From assembly GCF_006345805.1 (NCBI RefSeq), contig NC_043003.1, positions 93,558,001 to 93,622,000 of the forward strand: a stretch of 64,000 nucleotides of DNA. The letters run 5' to 3'. This document shows, in pieces, positions 53,300-64,000 of the stretch. The position numbers and the translations under genes were made by a program. How positions within the stretch are numbered: the stretch's first letter is position 1; each line of letters begins with the position of its first letter. The notes under the pieces were generated by a model, which worked only from the letters and a program-made list of their open reading frames with translations, ran no database searches and was not told where the DNA came from. Source of the DNA: Octopus sinensis. Taxonomy: Eukaryota.

Positions 53300-53415
53300 A
53301 TTATTATTATTATTATTATTATCATTATCATCATCATTATTATTATTATTATATTATTATTATTATTATTATTATATTATTATCATCATTATTATTATTA
53401 TTATCATTATCATTA

Positions 53416-53446
<31 letters not shown>

Positions 53447-53682
53447 ATTATTATTATTATTATTATTATATTATCATTATCATCATCATCATCATTATTA
53501 TTATTATTATCATATTATTATTATTATTATTTATCATTATCATCATCATCATTATTATTATTATTTTATTATTATCATTATTATTATTATTATTATTATT
53601 ATCATTATCATCATCATCATTATTATTAGTATTATTATTATCATTATTATTATTATTATTATTATTATCATTATCATCATCA

Positions 53683-53724
<42 letters not shown>

Positions 53725-53729
53725 TATTA

Positions 53730-53763
<34 letters not shown>

Positions 53764-53864
53764 CATCATTATCATTATCATTATCATCATTATTATTATT
53801 ATTATCATTATTATTATTATTATCATCATTATCATTATCATTATCATCATTATTATTATTATTA

Positions 53865-53928
<64 letters not shown>

Positions 53929-54004
53929 ATTATTATTATTATCATTATTATTATCTTATCATTATCATATCATTATTTTATTATTATATTATTATCATTA
54001 CATA

Positions 54005-54036
<32 letters not shown>
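53191..54036. repeat. ~850-bp (ATT)n/(ATC)n array
   Basis: Direct reading of the sequence. Confidence 0.95.
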
Positions 54037-54784
54037 GGCAGAATCGCTAACATCTCGGACAAAATCCTTAGCGGTTCTTTACATTCTGAGATGAAACCCC
54101 CACCGAAATCAACTTTACCATTCATTCATTCGGTGTCGGTAACATAAGTACACTTGAGCACTGGAGTCGACGTAATCGACTAGCACCTTCATCCAAAATT
54201 TCAGGCCTTGTGCCTCTATACTAGAAAAGATTAAATTATTATTGGCAGAAATGTGAACGAATCAGAGAAAATGTCCAACGACATTTTCCGGCCCTTTACG
54301 TTCAGATTTCAAATCCCGCTAAAATCAACGTTGGCATTCATCCCCTCGGCATCGATGAGTCCTCTCAAAATTACTGGCCTTGTGCCAAAATTGGCAAAAA
54401 TTATTTTTACCGTCATCATCATCATCATCAACATCATTACTCAGAAGAATCGGTAGACATAATGCTTTGCAGTATTTCTTTCGACTCTTTACGGTATTTG
54501 CGATATTTCTTCCGACTCTTTCAGCGTTCGAATCCCACCGATTTCAACTTTGCCTTCCATCTTTACGAAGTTGATAAAATAAAGGACCAGTGTACTTGAC
54601 TATTTTCTACTTTCTCACATTTCAGGCCTTATTCTAGAAACAACTATTAATGTTCTTTTACTCACTTTTCTATGCCATTTGTTTTGTTGCTATAATTTTT
54701 TTCCTTTTTTCTCAGAAATCATTTATCTTTATTATCGATATTTATTTTTTATCTTTGTTTTTTGTCTCTCTTCTGTTTTTTAAG

Positions 54785-54989
54785 GCAAAAGCCAACATCG
54801 TGTCATCACAATAAACCACGTGAGAATCAACCCAATGCCTATTGTTGCGCCAGGAACGGTCTACTTAAGTATGGCAGGTACATTGAGTCACGACCTCCCA
54901 CGACGTTTGACCGTTGACCTTAATGTCACTAAGTACATTTTTAAGGTGCCCTTCCGGCTGCCCTGTTTCAACCGAAGATTTGGTTCTTG
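54785..54989 (+). CDS. GM2-activator-like / ML-domain protein, coding exon 2
   Basis: Pyrimidine tract plus AAG| acceptor at 54783-54784. In phase 1 it reads (G)KSQHRVITINHVRINPMPIVAPGTVYLSMAGTLSHDLPRRLTVDLNVTKYIFKVPFRLPCFNRRFGS(C), colinear with the GM2 activator stretch PDPIVVPG-V-LS--G...VDL...IPC...GSC. Donor GTAAAT at 54990, phase 2. Absent from the ORF track. Confidence 0.9.
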
Positions 54990-55054
54990 GTAAATATATA
55001 TATATATATTTTAGCTGTGTATGTGTGTGTATGTGTATGCATGTGCGTGTGTAT

Positions 55055-55085
<31 letters not shown>

Positions 55086-55117
55086 TATAGATAGATAGAT
55101 AGATATATATATATAGA

Positions 55118-55165
<48 letters not shown>

Positions 55166-55485
55166 TAGATTGTGTTTGTAAACATATGTGCGTGTGAATG
55201 TATGTATATTCATATACCTATATATTCACATGCACTTATTTGGGTGTGTAACTGAGTGTCTATATATGCAGACACACACACACACACATATATATACACA
55301 CATACACACATATGCACACACACACTCGCACACACACACACATATATACTTCTGTACTTAATACACGCTCACATACATACACACATTCACATCCACACCC
55401 ACATGAATAGACATATTTTTCCTTCTTTCTCTTCCCCTTATAAGTTTACATTATCTTTCCTTCTCTCTTTCTTTTTTGTCTCTCT

Positions 55486-55537
<52 letters not shown>

Positions 55538-55730
55538 ATCACTTTCTGTTTTCACTTTTTGCATGGGAGAACCTTTGAGTTGTCGCGCAGCCTGCTAAAA
55601 ATAGCAGCCAAATATCTTTTAAATTTCACATTACTGTCTTAAAATATGACTGATAGGCTAATGTGTCCCTGAAATACAAAAAAGATAGAGTGGTCACGAT
55701 CGCACATACGTACGTACGTATGTATGTATG

Positions 55731-56612
55731 TCATTATTTAGTTTTATTTCAAGATTTTATTTCAAGATGTATGTATGTCATTATTTAGTTTTATTTCAAG
55801 ATTTCTTGCCAACAGGGAGAGAGCTGGTTACTAGCCTAGATCTAATGTTCCTTCATTGGAATTTCAACAACACCAAGGTATTTTTGTATGTATGTATGTA
55901 TGTATGTTTGTATGTATGTATGTATGTATGTATGTATGTATGTATGTATGTATGTATGTATGTATGTATGTATGCATGTATGTATGTATGTAAGTATGCA
56001 TGTATGTATGTATGTATGTATGTATGTATGTATGTATGTATGTATGTGTGCAGATTTGTATGTTCTGTTTTATGTATGTATTCTCATGCAGAAAGTTGCG
56101 TGTCTAAACATGCACATATATACTTAAATGGTAAACTTCTGGAAAGTTTTACAGATTTTTACAGTTCCAGTGATGGCTTGGATCTGTTGTCTTCGAATCA
56201 GCTTTCTCCTTTCTGGTTTTGAGAAACCTGATTTCTCAAGGGTTGTTATTCTTGTAATTAGTAGGGCACAGGGATATGTAACACACTGCCTAAATAGGAA
56301 GTCTATTACATAACCCTGTGCCCCAACAATTACAGGTATAAACCTGAGCTTGTAATCTGTATAGATTAACTGCAGATTTCTCTATAATTCAGCGTAGGTA
56401 TTCTCTTTTTCACTGATCTTCAGCTTAAGGTTAACACCTGCTGAACAGCTAGTTCCCACAACTGTACACAATTTCTCTTCTCTATCCCAAATCATTATAT
56501 CAGATATATTATGTTTACATTTTATTGAGGTTTTCATTGGGACCTTGCATCAGTACTCCTTTTTATTTTGAATGGCTGTGGCTTCCACCATTCAGTGGGT
56601 TCTTATTTCTTT
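55731..56612 (-). mobile_element. R4/Dong-like RLE retrotransposon, copy 3, plus a ~35-bp extra copy of its 3' tip
   Basis: KTSIKCKHNISDIMIWDREEKLCTVVGTSCSAGVNLKLKISEKENTYAEL; same 3' UTR as 9696-10360. (TATG)n on both sides. Confidence 0.85.
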
Positions 56613-56700
56613 ATGTATTATTATGTATGTATGTATGTATGTATGTATGTATGTATGTATGTATGTATGTATGTATGTACGACGTACGTACGTATTATGT

Positions 56701-56732
<32 letters not shown>

Positions 56733-56757
56733 TGTTATGTATATGTATGTATGTACG

Positions 56758-56789
<32 letters not shown>

Positions 56790-56849
56790 TGTATGTGTAG
56801 TGTGTATGTATGTATGTATGTATGTGTAGGTATGTATGTATGTATGTAT

Positions 56850-57172
56850 GTCGATTCCCAGACAGGACTTGTGAGTGTTTATGAGCGAAAACACCTAAAG
56901 TTCCACGAGGCTCCGACAGGGGATGGTGGCTAACCCTGCTGTACTCTTTCACCATAGCTTTCTCTCACTCTTACTTCCTGTTTCTGTTGTGCCCGTAATT
57001 CAAAGGGCCAGCCTTGTCACACTCCGTGTCACGCTGAATATCTCCGAGAACTACGTTAAGTGTATACGTGTCTGTGGAGTGCTCAGCCACTTGCACGTTG
57101 ATTTCAAGAGCATGTTGTTCCGTTGATCGGATTAACTGGAACCCTCATCGTCGTAAGCGACGGAGTGCCAAC
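56850..57172 (+). mobile_element. SINE family D-type tail with a different 5' part, inserted in (TATG)n
   Basis: The tail matches 24572-24881. Confidence 0.75.
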
Positions 57173-57983
57173 ATGTATGTATGTATGTATGTATGTATGT
57201 ATGTATGTATGTATGTATGTATGTATGTATGTACACATTCTGGTGCGCTTCGTTAGGTATGTTAGCGCACACTTTAGTACTGAATTGTTTAATGTAACCC
57301 TGTATACGGCCAGTGGAGCGAACATGTAGAGTGGTCCCTTTTTTAAAGAATAGGAGAGCGTTGGCACAACACGCCGTCTGATGTAGTTTCACTTCCTGGC
57401 TTATGGGTACTGATAGTGATTTTCACTCTGTTGTAAATATTCGAAACAACTTCTTGGCAACGGTTACCCTGACCTCACGGTATGTCCACGCCCCCTATAT
57501 GTCCACCACCATGAGTTCAACACCCGAACCACTAATTCACACACCTCCACACGTTGGAAAGAAGGTAGTGAAGAGTAAGTGGTGATTGTAGAGAGTGAGG
57601 TGGAGGGTATACGTAACGAATAGGGACAAGATGATTGCGTTTTGCGGAAATGGTAGAATACGATCCCACTTTCAGCTTGAAGTAAAGCGCATCGTTCACA
57701 CCAACTTGTGTGACTTAATCTGAGTTCAAATCGCGCCAAAGTCAACTTAAACATTTAGTCCTTTTGAGTATCAGTCGCAGAAGATGGATAGGCATATTTG
57801 TTAAGTAGGACGGATGAGGTGCCTCTCTGCTTTGACCAAGCTGTTTTGGCCTTGCCTTTCCGATGGATGACATTGATGACGCGGAGAGAAGAAGCAATCA
57901 TTCATGGACAGCCATCTAAACAAACCTTGTTGATATTTGTACCTTGGAACGTAACTTTCTAGGTGGATATTTAGAGTCCTACG

Positions 57984-58034
<51 letters not shown>

Positions 58035-58088
58035 TGTATGTATGTATGTATGTATGTATGTATGTATGTATGTATGTACGTACGTATG

Positions 58089-58155
<67 letters not shown>

Positions 58156-58157
58156 AG

Positions 58158-58401
58158 GCGCGTGGCTTAGTGGTTAGGTTGTCAGCATCATCATCGTAAG
58201 ATTGTGGTTTCGACTCCTGGACCGGGCGATGCATTGTGTTCTTGAGCAAAACACTTTATTTCATGTTGCTCCAGTCCACTCAGCTGGCAAAAATGAGTAA
58301 TGCTGCAATGGACTGGCGTCCCGTCCAGCAGGGGAGCACATACGCCACAGAAACCGAGAAACCGAGCCCACGAGCCTAGCTAGGCTTTAAAAGGACGCAT
58401 T

Positions 58402-58403
<2 letters not shown>
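58158..58403 (+). mobile_element. SINE family C, full length
   Basis: A box TGGCTTAGTGG, B-box-like GTTTCGACTCC and tail ATGGACTGGCGTCCCGTCCAG. Confidence 0.85.
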
Positions 58404-58432
<29 letters not shown>

Positions 58433-60264
58433 GAAAAGCATATTAATGAAACACTATTCTGTATACCATATGACACAAACGAAGCTAGTCAGCCGTTCTG
58501 TGGTTTACATTTCATACATTCGGTAATGAGAACTATTTAGAAAAGAGGTGGGGTAGGATTTTTAAAAATATATCTTTGAAAGTTATATCGAAGAAATTTT
58601 ATTAACCATAAGGAAAAGTGTAATTGATTTATTGCAAAATGTTAATGTAAAATGAAAACCTGAAATAAAATATAAACTTGTCTTTTGATGACTTTTTAAA
58701 GAATTTAAGAGAATAAATTTTACAATGTAATTAGTCATAAAAACTTCTTTCATATAACCATATTAAAGGATCTCAAAAGCTGTAAGGTCCCAATCCGTCA
58801 TCTAAAAAGCTTTGTTCCATCGAATCACAGCTGAAAGTGTCAGTATTCTGTTTGACTGCCAGTGAGCTGTAACCATTGGTAAGACACTTAACTAGCGAAC
58901 AGCACAATGCAACTACTTGTAAATAGTCTATATGAGTAACTTCAAATTACGGGAGAGCTGTATAATTGACGGTCGAAATTTTTGTTTGCCTGAAATGATG
59001 AATTTAAATCCTCCCTATTTAACTCATCACCTGACACTACCAATTCTACCATATCTCTTTTCACGCCGAAGACATTTATTTCACTTCATCTTTCTCAGAA
59101 GTCATTGATTTCGTTTACAGCCCTTCTGACCCCACCCCCAATCATCCCATCCAGATGCCATCAATATAGGTACCGAATGACATTACCACAGAACACATTG
59201 TCGTATGCATTCCGACCAGGTTTTTTTTTTTTTATGATAACTTCCTTACTTCCGTTTAGGAAGCTCTGAAAAACATCACGAGAACTACATTTCCCCCTTT
59301 AACTGAACCATAAAAACGAATATCGTTAGGCAGACATACATCAGGAGCACTAATTGAATATAAAGTCAGGCAGACAGGCTCCAGTTTCAATAAGCTGAAG
59401 TAAAGTCAGGCGGACACGCTCGAGATATGTTAAATGCATATAAATGTCAAGTGGTGTTTCTAAAACCAAGTGGATTATTACACTAACAAGATGAAAATCA
59501 TGTGTGACATTTGATTAGCTATACTTTCGCAAGAATATGTAGTAAAGAACAAATTCAAAGACGAATATATCAGTAATGGCAGGGTAGAAGTGGTTTTAGA
59601 GCAAAGACTAATGACAAAAACTAAAGGTAGACGGCAATGGCAGAACGCTCGATGAAGTATCTCTATGTATTTAGTGACAGCCATCTACGTTCTGAGAAGA
59701 AAAAAAATTTGCTTCGTTCATCTTTATCTTCCGCACCTCTGGTGCTGAAGTCATGCATCATTCAAAAGCACTAATTATGGGTACATCTTTCTACATTCGG
59801 TAATGGGGCCCTGGTTCGAGAGTTCCAGCCTTTTGAGGAGTGCGGAACCACCTCTTAGCAAATGTTGTTCTCAGATCAGCTATGATCTGGGATTGTAGCA
59901 CCTGTCAGGTTAACAGCTATAGGCTAAAATTGTATGTAACCCCACGAGGCAGAGTACGTTGAAATCATGGAATGCAGTATGGGAGATGTGAACTATTTCG
60001 GCAGATGAACTTATTGAGTAATGGCGAATATCAATAGGTACTGAACAGATGGATAGACAACAAACTGTCAACAGTCAGGATCAACCGGTTCAGTTAGTGA
60101 ACTACTGCTATCATCAGTAGTCGTAGCATGCGCAAAAACCTAGGCCAGACAGTCATGTCCCATTGCTTGATCGGGATGCCTGGCATGGAAGAGTTATATG
60201 GATCCGTGCAAGTTACCAGACTGGATGACGAGTCATGTACAAGACAACTAATGATTCTGTAAAT

Positions 60265-60727
60265 CAGGGATTCTCAACCATCATTTCTCGGTGGACCCTT
60301 TGATCCTTATTTTACGTAAGCGGATCCTCATAGCCTTTCGATGCGTAAAAAAAACCCATTCAGTAAATAATAATAATATTTATGAGCTTAAAGCTTATAA
60401 GCGATCACCGTGTATTGACTACAGAAAATAGTTTAGCATTGGGGCATATAAACCCTCGACGGAAAAGTGGACTCGATTATTTTCTCTAGTCAATACACGG
60501 TGATCGCTTATAAGCTTTAAGCTTATAAATATTATTATTTACATAATTGTCACTCATCATCACTTCTCCATTTATCGCAGAAGACCTTATTGTATATTAA
60601 TAACTGAATATTTGTAGAAACTGAAATTTTAAAAAAATGTATGACCAATTTATAGCACACAAATTATAACAACAAAATCTTACATTGGACTCTAAAGGGT
60701 CATATGAACCCCGGTTGAGAACCATTG
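60265..60727. mobile_element. hAT (Charlie/Buster-type) MITE with an internal inverted repeat
   Basis: Ends CAGGGATTCTCAACC and GGTTGAGAACCATTG. The 8-bp TSD CTGTAAAT is at 60257-60264 and 60728-60735. Confidence 0.85.
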
Positions 60728-60767
60728 CTGTAAATGCTCGTTCTGTCTAGATAGAAATGACTGCCTG

Positions 60768-61220
60768 AAATCCCTGAAATCACACCCTACCGCCCTAAAA
60801 AAACAAAACGAATTCTGGGTACACTATGTTAAAATAATTGACAGAGTGAAGAGGCTTCAACACTTTGGTTCATAAGGCATCAGATTTGATCGTAACTGGT
60901 CTGAGATTAAACAACAACAGGTCATATAGTGGTGACGATTCAATTAACTAAACAGCAGCTTGAAATCCTTCAAATCATACCCTACAGCCTATAGGGTCAT
61001 ATAGTGGAGAGGATTCAATTGACTAAACAGCTGTCTTAAATCTCTGAAATCACACTCTACCCCTTTAAAATACAAAGTGAATTCTGAGCACACTATGTTT
61101 CAAGAACTGACAGAGTGATGAGGCTTCAACACGTTGGTTCATAAGCCATCAGATTTGATCGTAACTGGTCTGAGGTTAAACAGCAGGTCATATGGTGGAG
61201 AGGATTCAATTGACTAAACA
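60768..61220 (+). repeat. Diverged local tandem duplication (~270-bp unit) of the old (AAC)n-tailed repeat
   Basis: GACAGAGTGA.GAGGCTTCAACAC...CATCAGATTTGATCGTAACTGGTCTGAG occurs twice; GGTCATAT.GTGG...GATTCAATT.ACTAAACA occurs three times. Confidence 0.8.
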
Positions 61221-61841
61221 ATCTTTCCAGACAATTGTACAACCTTGTGCTATAAAATGTAAGAAAATAACCCGAGCACAATCAATGTCAGTTGATAGTT
61301 TCTGTTTGACAATGTCATGCAGCGATAGGTTTGTAGAATAGCAAGTATCTTGAAATGCTATTCACACACATGCTAAATATTTAAACACAACCGATTCACC
61401 GAAGTGTCTATCAAATTTAGTTTATAGTTAAATTATAGAATATAGTTTTTTTCTTCATATACAACGTTAAGGCATTTGCACTAAATTCATTTCATTCAGG
61501 GATAAGATGTCGCTGGATATTTATTTTATATTTGTCAAAAAAAATGCGATAAATAAAATAAAATTAAAAATGAATGCAAAACATGCATAAACATAAACAC
61601 ACACACGAAAAAAAAATTGAAACTGAATCATACGATTATGACCTTGACAAGAAAAGTTGTAGATAACTCTCGATTCGTGTGTGTGTGCGCGCGTGTGTAT
61701 GTGTTTATTGGCAGAGAAGCGAGCATCAGAACGATCAAAAGTATTTTTCTCACTACTGTGAAACTTGAAGTGATGCAATTCGGGTGATATGATACCCAAA
61801 CCCACCTACACTCGCATACACATACACACGTGTGCGTATAA

Positions 61842-62192
<351 letters not shown>

Positions 62193-62479
62193 CCCTTTCT
62201 GTCTGTCTGTCTAGGCCTCACACTGCGGCCATATTAGGCCACTGCTCTGAAGAATTTTAGTCGAACGAATTGACCCCAGTACTTAATTCTTTTTAAAGTC
62301 TGGTACATATTTTATCAATTTATAATATATACACACGTAAGTGTATGTACATGTACGCAGACACACGCGCGTGTATGTACGCGTGTCTAGTGCTAGATAG
62401 ATAAATATGCGTCCCTCTCTCTCTCTCTCTCCTTCTGTCTCTACTTGTACATACATATGAATTGAGAAGAGTCTTGATG

Positions 62480-63560
62480 TGTTTATGCAATACTGGATTG
62501 AAGGTAAATACGATGCCTTCTTCATCAGTAAAATTGCTAAACAGAGTCATTTTGGCTGCGAAATGATGGATACCTAATTCTAAATAATAGTAGAACCTTT
62601 CTTGGTAATAGACTAGAAGTTTCTGTTGTAATTTAAGAGATGAGAGAGATGCAGGCTGGATGGTGCACAAAATCATCTATGATATTTCTGGTGGTTTTCT
62701 TGGTGGTGTTTTGATGGAGATAAAGTTCTCACAGATTAAATTCTTAGGCAATATTTGCAATGCACTTTTCCCGTACTGCTTTTGGACAACTGTAGGCAAA
62801 CTCATGTGTAAACAGGGAAGTAACGAGCTTTGGTTTTGAGTAGAATGTGACAGGACATATGTAATGGGATCATAGATGAGTACGTACTCCTCCACATACC
62901 TAAGATATCTAAACGAGTGATACCAAAGAACTAGGGAAGCTCCACTAAGTTAGATTACTTACGGTACGAAAGGGTTTGTAAAATAGGTGCTTTAGTAGAG
63001 TGGTGTAAAGTGTATACTTTTATTAGGTAGTAAATGGATGATCCAATGGGAACAGAAATGGTGAAAGCCTGGTAAAGTCTTGTTTGGTTGAAAAAAGAGA
63101 TGTAAGGTAGTTGAAGTGCCAGGGATACAGATAGGTGTGGATACTAAAATGAGAAATCCAAGAAGAGTTGTGATCTTTGAAGTCACATAGCATGAAGAAT
63201 TCAGAGATAGGGGAAGAGAGGGAGATGGAATATATGTTCTCAATACATAAAGTTATATCCTATGGTAATTGAAGGATCTCAAGTAGAAACGTCAGATAAA
63301 CGTAAAGTAAGGGAGTAGAGAGATTTGAACTAGGGATAAAATAGTTAAAATAATGGGAGGATAAATTCTCTCTCAATATAGTCAGCATCTAACGCAGCGA
63401 AGTTTGATTATAGAGATTATCCTGAAAGCCAAAGGAGGGTTAGCAATAGAGAGGGAGAGACTTGTGTTTCAAAGAACGTCTTGTGCAGGAGTGTTCGTCA
63501 GTGAATGAAAGTGTGGCTGGACTGCTTGCAACCAAACGAGCTCCTATAAAGGCTCCTAAG
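62480..63560 (-). mobile_element. Highly degenerate Jockey/CR1-group LINE, AP-endonuclease region
   Basis: Minus-strand remnants in the expected order: FETQVS (cf. L-ETQ), EFFMLCDFKDHNSSW (cf. GDFN-H---W), TISVPIGSS--YLIKV (cf. P-GSSDH-LI). Confidence 0.55.
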
Positions 63561-64000
63561 GATCAGATGATGCTGTTAAATAGATAGGTATGTTTGTCTT
63601 CCTACCAGAGATGAAAATGGGCCATGGTATTTTACACAGACTCTCCTGTCTTATACTATCCGTTTGCAATTCGAAGTATCGGATGCTCCAAGATGAATTG
63701 CTTCATAGTGGCTTGTAGAAACCAAACTATCTCAGAGATGGTACTATAGTAGATAATTCCAAGGTCTCTACGAGAGCAGGTACTCAAATATAAAAAAAGT
63801 GAGAAGGGGAGAAGGAGAGATTTTAAAATGAAGAAAGTGGGAAAGAATCGAATACAGAGAGTGTGGAACAGATAATTGTAATACATCGAATAAATGAATA
63901 ATAGCAATAAAGTGATATCAGTAAATTACAATAAGTAAATAAATTGAATGAGTAACAGATAAACAAATGAAGAAGGAAATTCCAATATAACGGCTTTTAG

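Noticed and set aside
60920-61220. Three spaced ~35-bp repeats superficially resembling a CRISPR array
   Set aside because: Irregular spacing, the intervening sequences are themselves duplicated, the context is eukaryotic and there are no cas genes.

Overview
AT-rich, microsatellite-saturated eukaryotic DNA. The repeat content (abundant tRNA-derived SINEs, Penelope-like elements, R4/Dong-like and CR1/Jockey-like LINEs, Tc1/mariner, pogo/Tigger and hAT relics) looks like an octopus/cephalopod genome; this is an inference and was not searched. Nearly all ORFs in the supplied track are microsatellite or transposon artefacts. The one host gene I can support is a + strand spliced gene for a secreted ML-domain, GM2-activator-like lipid-binding protein. 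Coding exon 1 (24013-24118, signal peptide ...FADC-G) joins in phase to coding exon 2 (54785-54989, P-x-P-I-V-x-P-G ... L-P-C ... G-S-C) across a ~30.7 kb intron that contains a 100-N assembly gap. Later exons were not found and probably lie beyond the window. Most notable observations: (1) a restriction-like-endonuclease LINE whose three copies all adjoin (TATG)n/(CATA)n and which carries that repeat in its own 3' UTR; (2) several minimal hammerhead-ribozyme motifs at Penelope-like termini, some with non-canonical cores, one inside a perfect 165-bp-arm palindrome; (3) the strongly cationic, possibly proteolytically processed ML-domain protein; (4) a G:U-rich pre-miRNA-like hairpin; (5) SINEs and other inserts associated with (ATT)n. 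No CRISPR array, rRNA or intact tRNA gene was seen. Boundaries of degenerate repeats are approximate.
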